From contig NC_043000.1 of assembly GCF_006345805.1 (NCBI RefSeq), forward strand, positions 60,822,001 through 60,886,000: a stretch of DNA of 64,000 nucleotides, in the 5' to 3' direction. How positions within the stretch are numbered: the first letter of the stretch is position 1; every line of letters starts with the position of its first letter. Made by a program: the position numbers and the translations under genes. The notes below the pieces were generated by a model. That model was not told where the DNA came from and did no database searches. It saw only the letters and a program-made list of their open reading frames with translations. The stretch comes from Octopus sinensis. Taxonomy: Eukaryota. Below are positions 1-12,399 of the stretch, in pieces.

Positions 1-1903
1 AATTAAAAAAATTGCAATAAAAAATAAAAACAATAAAACAGTGTACACACTATTTGATGAACAATTTCAGAAATTTATTTAACAATTTCTAACTTCAGCA
101 GCAATATTTTAAGTTTTTCTTCTTGTCCTGTATTTTACCAGGTTTAATTGACAATTGCTGCTTGTTTTGTACTTTTCCAGGTTCAACACTTATGAATATT
201 CTAGGATTCTGCACCTACATTTTTCATTCTAGTCCACTTTTTCCCAGGCAATGCTTCTTTTATTAGAATAATTATATTTACCTTTATAATTGGGGATGGG
301 GGGAATGAAACTATTGTAAATATTTAAAAAAAATACAGATTTTGTTCAAGCATTTTGCTTGCATCTAAAAAAAACCCAGGTTTAATAGCAGCATATCTGT
401 TACAAATGAATATATTTCTAAACTATTTTTATTATGAAATAATGTTATATTCTAATTAACTAATTAATAATTAGCTTATTAGTTTTCTTAGTGTGTTAAA
501 ATTTTATTTTCATGTTTTTGATATGTACATATTTTAATACATAAACAAAATAAAAAAAAATAATATGAAATCACATAAAATCATTACTGTTTTTATGCTT
601 AATATTTTTAGATGGGGTTCTCTACAAAATATTTGTCTTGATGAACTCTTTTATTTAAGTTCAATATTACTTTTCTCTTAAAAAGACGAAAATATTTTAA
701 TCACATTTTTGCCACTTAAAGCAACACAAGGTTTTTGTAGCAAATATTTTTTGACAAGGTTTTTCACCTTAAAATTTTTCTCATAAAAGTCCTTCATCTG
801 AAGTAAATCCTGAATGCAGAATGATAAAGACATAGCATTCAATGTGGTTGAGAACTGAATTAGTGATAAAGCCTAAAAGACCTTGCAAGTGACTAAAATT
901 TGACTTTATGACTAAATCTGAAGGGCCAAGTCAACTGGTATTTTACAGAAAAAAAAAAAAAATCTTGAATGCAGAATAGAGTGTAAACAGATTGGATTGG
1001 TCAAATACTCTAAGAAAACAAAATAAAACAGTGGCTAGCAGGCCCCAACAGAGAATCTAACCAAATACCTTTCAGACTCCAATTAAGTATTCTGTACCAG
1101 TAAGCTTGACAATACATAACATCAGTTGTCTTTTATAATGCTAAATATCTTAAAATGATAAAAAATATTTTAAATTGTTAAATTAATCACACTTTTTTCT
1201 GTCACTTAAGGTCGGACGATTTTCTTCTGTAGCTAATATTTTTTAATGAAGTTTTCACCAAGAGATTCTTCTCAAGGAGCATGTTCTTTTAAACCCAATC
1301 AATTCATACTTTTCTTTTAAAATAACAACTATTTTGATTCACAGTCAATTTTTTACCTTAGTCTCCCATTTTAACCTCACAGATTTTAATGAAACAAATT
1401 TCAATTATTTTGTCTCAAAATGTAGCTTATGACTGGACTATCATTGATAAAAAAATCCACATTCTATTTGGTTGAGAAATGAATTAGTGATGAAACCTAG
1501 AAGTGCATGTGTGTAACTAAAAGTTGACCTTAAGAATATATATAATAAAAGCTGCAGCAGTGGTTTCTAAGTTATGCTTAACTTAGCTACATATTCCCTA
1601 AATCCTCAAAGTAGTGAACCTTTAGAAGCTTTTGTAAGAATCAGTACGAAGTTTCTTAACAGGTTTGGCTGAAGCAACTAAGAATAAGTTAATTACTGTT
1701 TTGAAGATTATCAATATACTGCAAAATATCAGTCAAATGGTTGAAATGTACATAAAAATACAGACACATAAACACACACATATATACTTATATTATATAT
1801 ATGTATGATCTTTTACTAAATAATCCACACACCTTAATTTATATGTGTAGTTTAGGGTAAACAAATTAAGATAAGAAGAAGTGAAAACCATAAAGAAACT
1901 TAC

Positions 1904-1999
1904 CGTCGATCCAGTCAACCTTAAAATTCCGAGGCTTGAAGTTTATGTCAAATGCATCATTAAGGGTAAATGCTTCTCCAAGCACTTCCTCAATTGAAG
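1904..1999 (-). CDS. DPP10: Next coding exon of the DPP6/DPP10-like gene (start of ectodomain)
   Basis: Acceptor cttttctctttataactgcag (AG 2001-2000), donor gtaagt (GT 1903-1902). 96 nt, phase 1/1, in frame with the 115-nt exon (T+CT = Ser). Encodes SSIEEVLGEAFTLNDAFDINFKPRNFKVDWID, matching the DPP4-family pattern of LTL.D.F...F.P.....W. Confidence 0.85.
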
Positions 2000-2870
2000 C
2001 TGCAGTTATAAAGAGAAAAGATAGGAAAAAAATTAGCCAACAAAATATCTTTTTCTCACAATTCATGCTTTCATTGCATCAATGTTATTTCTTTCAGCAA
2101 AACATCCAATTTACTTGAGTGTATTCTACCACTTTATACTGCCCATATATTTTATTCGCCTGAAGATTACAGTCTTATTGTAGTAATGGTGAGGACAGCT
2201 GGCAAAATGTGTTACAAAGTAAGACATATCACCTTTAGCGATAAAAGTTGTGACTTTATTGACAACTTAATTTTATGCCGTCAGCTCTTACCTACCAAGT
2301 AGATTAGAATCAATAAGTTAAAAATATTCAGGTAGCTCAATTTTATTTTCAAGCAAAAACACTCATAATTCAACAATTGTACAAACCTTAGCTAAAACAT
2401 GTGAATGATTAATTTAAACTACACTAAATAATAGCTGCATCCTAATTAATTAATTTTCTATTACTCTTTTATGAATACAGCAAAGGATTGGAAATCCAGT
2501 ATGCTGTGCTCCCCCTCCTGCTACCTCACATATGAGAACAGCTTATTAAGAATGGAACAATCCATACTCTGATATAGATGAGAAGAAACTCATGTGAAAA
2601 CACGTTTTTATGGTTGTTTGTGAGATAATTATCATTGCTCTACATTTTAGAATGGATTCTCTACTTTTCATTTTTATTAGGTTCAATAATTGTGGCATAA
2701 AAAAAAATAGGGTGGTGTTAGCCAAGTAAATAGTAGTTTGGGGCACAAAAAACAAAACTGTGACTAGATTAGTACTGTCCTGTTCTGAGTTCAAATCCAA
2801 TGAGGGGTTTTCTAGTATCAATGTACTTTGTAATAAACTTACTGATTTAAACTAATTGTCACCATCAATA

Positions 2871-3319
2871 TCTATAAAGCTGAAATGCGAAAAAGTTGTT
2901 TGATTTCTTGGTTATTTGTCTCATTTTGGGATGGGAACGGTAGATGGGGTCGGATTGGCGCCAAAATTTACACTGAGTGGTAAAATGGGGTGGGCAATGG
3001 TGTGAGGAGGGTTGCAAATCGCTCGAGGCTACCGTTTGGTTGCCATGGTGAGGAATATGGGAAAAATTGAGTTTTATGGGATAGACAGGTTGTGCTGTTT
3101 GAATAATGGTGGCTTTTCATGTTGCCGCAGGAGCTAGAGGCGGTTATCTTTAATTGTGGGTGTAAAAATTTGAGGGATTGTGGAAAGGTGGGTAAAGAAG
3201 AGGGCCATAAAAAGAACCAGGCAAAGAAGACGAACAAAAGAAGAAAGGGAAAAGGAGACAACATGCACAAAACAACACCACCACCAAAACCTGAGCGAAG
3301 CACGGGTCAAAATAGCTAG
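2871..3319 (+). mobile_element. Non-autonomous Helitron
   Basis: A|TC 5' end (2870|2871; 2865 is an alternative). Subterminal hairpin CCTGAGC-GAA-GCACGGG (3290-3306), then CTAG|T 3' end (3316-3320). Confidence 0.7.
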
Positions 3320-3916
3320 TCTAATTTATTAAGTTGTAATACCTCATCAAAACAACTGTGACTATTTTCCTATTATTTACGGACAGTGTGGTTAAGAAGT
3401 TCACTTTGCAACCAAGCGGTTTTGGGTTAAGTCCAAGGGTGCAGTATCTTGGACAAGTGTCTTCTATAGCCCTAGGCTAACCAATACTTATGAGTGAATT
3501 TGGCAGGCAAAAAAATTTACAAAACCCATTTTTTCTGTGTGTGTGTGTGTGCGCGTGCCTGTCAATGCATATGTTTATGTATATGAATGTCTCTTTGGGA
3601 ATGTTTACATTCTGTACTTTTGAAAACTAGTGAATGGAAACTCAATTATTTGGAAAATAGGTAAGGGTTAGCGGTAGGAAGGGCTACTGACTGTAAAAAT
3701 AACACCTTGGAAATATGTATTTGTTAAGCCTATGCTAGCATAGGAAAATCTATATAATAATCTGCTTGTTTGTTTGCCTGTTATACATCAGTTAGAGAGG
3801 TGGAGGTGGAGTGAGTAAGAGGTGGAGTGAGAGAGAGAGGGAGGGAGGGAGGGAGGGATGAAGAAAGAAGAAAAGAGGAAGAATTAGAGAAAGGTTATTA
3901 ATATTAATACACTTAG

Positions 3917-3943
3917 GTCAGATGGTCACGTGGTCAGCTGAAA
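3917..3943. promoter_or_regulatory. Candidate intronic enhancer: three tandem E-boxes
   Basis: GT-CAGATG-GT-CACGTG-GT-CAGCTG with exact 8-bp period. Function untested. Confidence 0.3.
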
Positions 3944-5666
3944 GTAGAGGCAAAGAATGAGAGAAAAAGAGGGAGAGAGAAATGTTAATGAAATGTGGTG
4001 GGGTAGGGTGGGGAAGTAATACTTATTATGTGGTTAAAGAGTTAGCTGAAGTGAAATGTAGATAGAGAGAAATGAACAGAAGAGGCAGTTATATTGAGAG
4101 AGGGGGGGGGGGCAGATAGCGGTGGTGGTGGTGGTGATGTGTTGATATTGAAAAATATTTTTTTTATTGAACCAATGTTTTTTGTAGTAACCATCACAGT
4201 TCATAAGTGCAATTATATATTGCCTGGTCACTTAAAAAACTGATATTTGTTTATAAAGGTTAATTTAGCTTAAACTCTGGATTCACAAGAAACACAGTTG
4301 CAAGCTGCCTAAGAAAGGATGCACAGATATAGAGCACAGACCAGAGAGGAACAGTGAGAAGATATAATAAAAAGAGAAAATAGACAATGGCAGAGATGTG
4401 AGGAAACGAATGTAGACAAATGTGAAGTATATTTAAAAGAAAACTAAACTATGAAAGTTATAAAAATGCAAATCATCCTTTTTTTTCTTAAATAGGTCCT
4501 CTTAATGTTTTTCCATTACATGGAATTTCCACCGGTCCTACAAATAGATATAAAATGAACAAACAGGTATATCTAATCAAAGTATCTGAGGACTTATTCA
4601 TCTTATTTATCAGGTACATTTATTGAGTCACAGTAGCTAAGTGACTATCTTCACCTTTTTTTATAGAGTACATAATCTTTGTCAAAATATTTAAGTGACT
4701 GTCTTCAGCTAATTAACAAAAAATAAAAATACCTCATCAATACATCTAAGTGATTATCTTTGCCTTATTTACAAAGTACAATATGTTAAAAAGGTAAAAA
4801 ATCTTTATTAAAGAAACATGAGAAGAAAAATAAAGTAGAAGTAAATCAAGTTTCTGTTCCGGTTTTAATTTACTAATTACAATAGCTATAAACATTACAA
4901 ATTCCTATTTTATTGTAAAAACAATAAATGTCTAGAAGACAGATGACAGTTTGCTTTTATTATTCATTACTTGTTGAATCATTGACTACTGTGTTACAAC
5001 ACTTTTATGTTCAAAGTCAGGTGTATATATTCATGAGTATATATTGGCTCCAAGAGTAGAAGACGATTGCATTTCACATAGAACACATTAATATAATTCC
5101 AGGTCAGGATCAGGTATAGCTATGTCATTAATTGTTTTGCTTCACAACAACACTGTTAACAGGCTCAATTCCACAATGTGTTAGCCATGAATTGACAAAT
5201 GTCTTTTAAGTGGATGACGCCTGTGCTGAAGCCCATTATATGTGTGTACACACACACACACACACACATGTCAAAATCATATATCAAACATAGACCTGGT
5301 AGTGTGGTTGGGGAAGCTTACTGTACATCCACATAGTTTCGGGTTCAGTTGCCCTGCATGGCAACTTGAGCAAGTGTCTTCTGCTCTGGTCTCAAGCTAA
5401 CCAGGGCTTTGTGAGTGAATTTGGTGAGTGAAACTGAAAGGAGGCCTATTTGCGATTTCCTATGAAAACTTGTTCAGACTAATGAAAAATATTACTTTGC
5501 TTGGAAGGAAGTGAGTGTTGGCAACAAGAAAAGCTAAAGAAAATCAGCCTCAATGAATTATGTTTGACCCAGGCATGCATGGTAAAGTAGATGGAGATTT
5601 TAATATACATGCGTGATGTGTTAGTTTGTATGTGTGTATAAATATATTTATGTATCTATATATATG

Positions 5667-5733
<67 letters not shown>

Positions 5734-6980
5734 GTGTGTGTCTTTACATGTGTATATTTATGTGTTTGTGTTTATGCTGTGTGCTATAACCTAACAGCTC
5801 AGCAAAGAGATATTGATAATATAAGTAAATATTGGGGTTAACATGATCAACTAAAATTTTTACCCCAACATAGTCCCGTGACTGAAACATTTTTTCTTTA
5901 ATCATTATCTATGCTTGCCATAGAATATGAAATGTTATGAATGAATTTTCTCTATTTATCCCTGATTACTGTCTTGGCATATCATTGTCCATGATTGACA
6001 TTCAGATTATTTTAGGATCTGTTCTCTCTATTTACTGTTTATTTATATATAGTGCATGTGTTTATTTGGCAAAAAAAGAAAAGAAAAGAAAAATGACTAT
6101 CCTGAAATATAACAAGAAATTATATAATAATTTTAAAAGAATTACTTGAATGTGCAATAAACAAGTTGTTGATGATAGACGTTACCAATAAATTGGGGCA
6201 AAACCATATTAGATTATTTAAATATGTAACATTACCAAATCATTGGTAGAATCACTCTCTACTACATGCCTCACCTCTTACAATTTTTAATTAATTTAGA
6301 TATTGGAGTTGTCTTCTATGCCTTTCATGAAGTATTTAATCATTGAAGCTAATTATTGTTCTTTTGCTATTTTAATTAGGTAAACAATGTGTTTTTTTTT
6401 TTGACTCAATGTATCAAGTATGTTAGACTCATGTGGAATGCATAATCATTACTATTTTACATATGTGTAGTGATTATTATGCATACTCCATACCAGATTA
6501 AAATACATTAATATTACTGTATCACAGCATGTATCATATTGCAATTCTATATCGTATTATCCCAGACTATAGCTCAAATTCATACTGTATCATACAATGA
6601 TTGTATTATTTCTATACCATACTATTCTGCATGATAGAGCGCCCTGTGTATGTGTGTGTGTATGTATAAAGCCACATGAGTGGATTTGGTAGAAGGAAGC
6701 TGAAAGAAGCCTGTCACTCATATATATATGTATATATGTGTGTGTGTCTTTGCGTCTGTGTTTGTCCCCCCATCACCACTTGACAACTGGTGTTGGTGTG
6801 TTTACGTCCCTGTAACTTAGCAGTTTGGCAAAGTGGAGTGATAGAATAAGTACTAAGCTTAAGAAATAAGTCCTGGGGTGATTTGTTTGATTAAAAACCT
6901 TCAAGGTAGTGCTTCAGCATGAATGTGACATTGCTGGGGCATCACCTTGAAGGGTTTTTAAACACATAAAAAGGAAAAAA

Positions 6981-7019
<39 letters not shown>

Positions 7020-7021
<2 letters not shown>

Positions 7022-7326
7022 CGTGATCACTGTGACTGACCAGGCTATCAGATGTTGCTACACATCGCTGGTCACAATGCCCTTCGCATTGTTTTAGCCT
7101 TCAAATGATGCCACCCTGCTGGCTAAGCAAGCAGGCCAACAGAAGAAAGAGTGAGAGATAGTTGTGGCAAAAGAGTACAGCAGGGATCGCCACCACCCCC
7201 TACCGGAGCCTCATGAAGCTTTAGGTGTTTTCGCTCAATAAATACTCACAACGCCTGGTCTGGGAATCAAAACTGCGATCCTACGACCGCAAGTCTGTTG
7301 CCCTAACCACTGGGCCATTGTGCCTT

Positions 7327-7328
<2 letters not shown>
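7020..7328 (-). mobile_element. tRNA-derived SINE family D; plus copy at about 35487-35790, partials at about 26010 and 38265
   Basis: Head TGGCCCAGTGGTTAGGGCA...GTTTTGATTCCCAG, shared with 35487-35560. Confidence 0.7.
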
Positions 7329-7358
<30 letters not shown>

Positions 7359-7429
7359 CATATCACTATACCATGGTGAAATAGTGTGTTGTAGTTAAAT
7401 TAAAGCTTCTAAAATATACTTCATGTTAC

Positions 7430-7604
7430 TGTTAGTGGAATGGCTGTGTGGTAAGAGCTTGCTTCCCAACCACATCATTCTGGGTCCAGTTCCACTATGT
7501 GGCATCTCAGGCAAGTGTCTTCTACTACAACCTGAGGCCAGCCAAAGCCTTGTGAGTGGATTTAGTGGATGGAAACTGGAAGAAGCCCGTTGTATATATA
7601 TATA

Positions 7605-7645
<41 letters not shown>

Positions 7646-8075
7646 ATCCAAACGCGAGGATGTGGAACAAGTATAGAGTTATTGGACGCTCAAGAAAGGA
7701 AAGGAAGAAGGAGGATTTAACGTTTCGAGTGAAGCTCTTCATCAGAAACATAGAAGAAGGAAAGATCCAAGGAAGGGAAGATGGAGGAAAAAAAATCGTC
7801 AATGATACACATGTGGTCACATATCGCCAATGATACACATGCAGTCACATACTGAATATATTGAATATATATATATATATGCGTGTGTGTGTTTGTCCTC
7901 CAATCACCATTTGACAACTGACATTGGTGGTTTATGTCTCTGTAACTTAGCGATTTGGCAAAAGAGACTGATAGAATAAGTACCAGGTTTAACCAATAAG
8001 TACTGGGGTTGATTCATTCAAGGTGGTGCCCCAGCATGGCCACAGTCTAATGACTGAAATAGGTAAAAGCTAAAA
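7430..8075 (+). mobile_element. SINE family A copy interrupted by the hammerhead-motif repeat
   Basis: Same head, core and tail as 33935-34337. Confidence 0.7.
7641..7850 (-). mobile_element. Penelope-like short repeat with minimal hammerhead motif, inserted in the (TA)n tract of a SINE
   Basis: Minus strand TGTTT-CTGATGA-A-GAG-CTTCA-CTC-GAAAC-GTT-AAAT (7750-7715). Homologous to 25001-25201 and 51526-51713. Confidence 0.65.
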
Positions 8076-8509
8076 GATACTAAAACTATACAATAGTTCC
8101 ATGTCATGCCATGTGCACTATTTTATATCATATTATCCAATACTAAAGGCAATATCAACCCATACTGTTCTGTATCAGACTGCTAACTTGCATCTTCATT
8201 CCACTGTTCTCCTCTAAACTGTGCACATATTCATGTACACTCATATTTTGCAATGAGCAAACAGAAGAAATTAATGAGCACATTAATTAGTAGTTACCTA
8301 AAATAATATAGCAATGAATAATTAATTTATTTCAAGTTCTCATTTGCACAAGCTTTCAGTGCACACCAACTTTTGTTACAAGTCGAAATAAAAGAAAAAA
8401 ATAACAAAGGAAAAGGAAAAAGAAATGCACAACATGAAATTCTTTTGTGTATAGTGACTATTAAAAAGTCATTATCATCAACATCAACAATATCATTGTT
8501 TTTATATCC

Positions 8510-8828
8510 ATTTGTCAGGTTGGTATGGATTAGATGAAACTTGGTGAGGGTGAGATGTACATGAGAAATGTACAGGGTTGGCAAAAGCAATGTGGTGGAC
8601 AATGAAAAACCTGGCTGATGACAGTCAAGGCTGATCTGGAACCCAACCTAGGCTCCCATATCTACGGCGTTCGCCGCTGGAATAAGGAGTGGTTGGAGAT
8701 CACGCAGTCGTTAGCCTCAAATCGCCAGGCCTGGTCAGCGTTTGTGAGAGATGCAGCATTGAGGATGAATGAAGCCAGCTCAACCCACCCGGGTGAATGC
8801 TGTCTCAAGACAAGAAGAAGAAGAAGAG
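8510..8828 (+). mobile_element. 3' end of an RTE-clade LINE with (AAG)n tail
   Basis: GWQKQCGGQ*KTWLMTVKADLEPNLGSHIYGVRRWNKEWLEITQSLASNRQAWSAFVRDA, the RTE C-terminal pattern (KTW...LA.DR..W). Ends caagacaagaagaagaagaag. Confidence 0.75.
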
Positions 8829-9992
8829 ATGAAATTTGTTAAAGTAGATTTTCTTTGGATATATGCTCTTCATGTTGTCAATTCTTAACCATTTTCCAAG
8901 TAAGGTATTTTTATTCTACTACCCCTCATATATTGAAAATAATGAAGCTAGATAATGTATGCAAATAAACTTAAGCTCAAGTTAATGAGGGTACATGTAA
9001 ACAATGTTCATACATGCATACAAAAATATGAATGTGTGTATGTGTTTGTGTGTGTGTATATGTGTGTGAGGGGGAGGGAGAGAGACAGACAGAAAGAAAG
9101 AAAGACAGAGAGACGAATAGGGAGAGAGAGAAAGAGATAAAAAGAAAGAGATAAAAAGAAAGATAGATAGAGAGACTGACAGACAGGGAGAGAGAGAGAA
9201 AGAGGCTTTTTATTGGTTTGCATCACACCATGGGACATCCATCCAACCAGCAATGGGCCAGCGTTTGACAGGTAAAGCCCACAAACAGCACAGATAAGCT
9301 GGTCAGAGCATATCATGACTTCATGCAGTAGTGGTTTGAATATGGTTGAATAGAAAGGATCAGGCAAAGGAAAAATACTTTTGTTGCTAATTGGTACTTT
9401 GGTTTTTGCTGTGTTTGTGCTAATTCCATTAGTTATGTTGACCAATTCCACTAAAAACAGAATTTATTTCTCACTTAAAACCAAACATTCTAACTGGGTC
9501 AGTTTCCTTATTTATTTATGTAATACTAATCATAATTTTTTCTTCCTCTTGTATATCTTTTTTCTAAAAATGTTTATTCAAAAACATAAGGCAGCACTCA
9601 TGAACTTATATTTTTTCAGATTCTCTGAGATTTAAGGGAGAAAGAGAGGAAGTTATCATCAAACTGGAAACATGACTTAAATGCTTAAAACAAAGTGAGC
9701 TTTGCTAAAGTCACTCAAGAACCAGGTGTTGGTGTTAAAGTGGAATAAGTATGCGAAACAAGAACTCAAAATGCAAAGAACTGGAACAAATGCACTGCTT
9801 CTTGCTGCAATAACCCATAGGCTGAGATTTCTTCACCTCTTTCTTGGAGATATTATAAAAAGATATGAGCTCCCAGTGCTCATATCATTTCCTCTTGGAT
9901 GTAAGTCATAAAAAAATTTACTTGGTGTAAGCAACTGTACCACCTTATCAAGTTGTTTCATCTAAAAGTAATTTAAGTATCTCCTCAATGTA

Positions 9993-11262
9993 CTGTAAAA
10001 CCCATATAATTTGCACACCTGTGTAATTTACACAGGTGATTTTCAGGATAAAATTTGTTAAAAAAGGCTTCTACTCATGTAAAATTCACACCCGAAAGTT
10101 TTCAGAATTTCCAATATAGCCAGGGGAAAGAGGTTTTCAATTTAGTTGTATTTAGCATAATTTCACTTACTTATGATTAGATCTTATTAAATTTTCATTA
10201 AATAAAAATAATTTGTTTTACAGGTATCACACTGAAAGCTATTAAATTACAAAGTGTTTGTATTGTTTATAATAAACTTTATTTTACATTTCTTGCCCAC
10301 AAGAGATTATGTCCAATCTCTAGTATACTGCTGAATGTCTTAAATCATGATCACATGAAAAGTTGTTGATAAGAATTGCCAACAAAAACAAAAGCTGATA
10401 AATATGACAGGTGTTGCAAATTAAGTTTAATTACCAATAAACATCAGCTTAGATGACACTTTACTCAACTGACAGAGGAAGGTGACTGATCAAACTGATT
10501 ATGTAAACAGAATTCTTTTCTGCCTATTCTTGTCGGGACCTTTGATATGGAGTATCGAAATTTTAATCCCTTTCACACCTATACAATGTCAAGCAAACTT
10601 AAAAATTTGTCATTACTGTTGTTTCCAGTATGGGCAGAACTTATGAATTGTTTACTGCGAAGGAGAAATTAAATATGTTGAATATGCATTTGAATGTGGC
10701 AATAGAGCTGCCAGGAGGTATTTGAATGTTAATGAAGCTATTATTCGAAATTAGTGTAAGCAGTTCAACAAACTTAAAATAGTGCCTAGTAATAAACAGA
10801 CAAAATTAAAAACATACAATCAAGATTATCCATATCATTACATTTTTTTTCAGTCAGGAATATCCATATCACTATGTATGTCAATGGTGCTCCATTGCAA
10901 TAGGTAGAAACTCCAAGCAATGGTCCTGACCGTGTTTACCAGCATGAACATCAGACTTCAAAAAGTAGTTAACCATTTAATGGTTTTAGTAAATTTATAC
11001 AGAGAAAGTAAGCATTATACCATCCAGCATAAATATACATCAACTTCATTATATTTAAGCCATTATTTTTTTCTGTAAAAATCTATTCTGACATTAAATG
11101 AGTCAACTTCTGGTTTGAATGTTTATGTTTTGTATGTTTTTTATCAACAAAAAAAATTTCCCTCAAATTTCTGGAAACAATCTACTCATGTAATTTACGC
11201 ACCCACTAAAGTTTATTGCTATTTTTGCGAAAAAAGTGCATAAATTACATGGGTTTTTATGG
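9993..11262 (+). mobile_element. Internally deleted pogo-like (Tc1/mariner superfamily) DNA transposon
   Basis: Diverged TIRs TA|CTGTAAAACCCATATAATTTGCAC and GTGCATAAATTACATGGGTTTTTATGG|TA, with TA TSD. Internal 10630-10800 encodes MGRTYELFTAKEKL/YVEYAFECGNRAARRYLNVNEAIIRN*CKQ, resembling the Brinker-type DNA-binding domain of pogo transposases. Confidence 0.75.
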
Positions 11263-12399
11263 TATATACATAACTATAAAACATATGTGACTGTGACATA
11301 TGCTAATCTTATATTGGAGATGTCATTTTATAGATTAGCAATAGAAAGACTGCTGTCTCTTTTATCACCAGCTGACATCTTTCTCTTTTAAATGACAATC
11401 AGTATAAGGTGCCCAATAATATGATGTATTAGAGTTATTCCTAAATCCTAAGTCACTAAGAATACAGTTGAAATACAGTTTTCTCACAGAGGTAGGTATC
11501 TATTTTCTCCATGTTACCCTTCAGGAGGATTGTAGTTTAAGAAATTGCAAACTAACTTAACAAATTTCCATTATACAATGTTCTTATTGTCAAAAGCAAT
11601 TTAATAAATTGAACCTTATCAACAGCCACGAATATTTGCCAGAAACAGTAGAAAATAGTGAAAAGATGTACATTTATAAACAAAAAGAATCATCTTTTTG
11701 AATTAACAAATATACTATCTATTTCATTTAACTTGTAAACAAAATTGAATTGCATTGGTAATTTTATTGTTGTCATCACCATCGTTGTTGTCATTATTAT
11801 TATTATTATTACATCTACTTTTCATACTGGCATGAGTTGAACAGGTTAACAGGTTGAAGAGCTGAAAAACTACATCTTGCTCTAGTTTCAGTTTCGTTAC
11901 AGTTTCTATAGCTGGATGTCCTTCCTAATTTGACAATAAATTATTGAAATGCTAACAAGAAAATGGGTAAATAATGCCAGTATATGTAAATTATATCTGC
12001 TTTATAAAATCAAATTCAACCTAAGAAGAATAATATATACATCATAAAACCTATTTTATAAAACACTTACTTGGAGTTTTCAAATATTTACTGAATCAGC
12101 CTGTTCTTAGATTTATTTAATAAATCTTCATATTTGTGTCTTATTATGAATGTCTACTTTTACTACTTGCATTTCTCTCCTCTTTGATTATTTTCTCATA
12201 AGCTAACATTATTATGTTAATTAATTTAAACTCAAAACATGGTGTTCATTTCTCATTTTACTTTTCAATAAGCCAGCAGCAATCAGAAAAATAGCAATGA
12301 CATAGCATTTAAAAAAAGAAATTCCTTTTCCGTATTGTTAAAATAAATTTTCTTTATTCCGTTAGTTTCTTTTGTCTAATAGCAGACTCACAGAATGAG

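Noticed and set aside
1-1900. Next DPP exon downstream of the 96-nt exon
   Set aside because: No minus-strand AG...GT segment with a DPP-like peptide was found; the exon is presumably left of the window.
3119-3319. Overlapping ORFs at 2968-3319
   Set aside because: They lie inside the non-autonomous Helitron, have no splice context and are low-complexity at the end.
5626-5841. VC/YI/HT/ER/TT-repeat ORFs (also about 20.5, 22.1, 24.9, 25.5, 45.3 and 54 kb)
   Set aside because: Translations of (TG)n, (TA)n, (AG)n and (CTA)n microsatellites, which lack stop codons.
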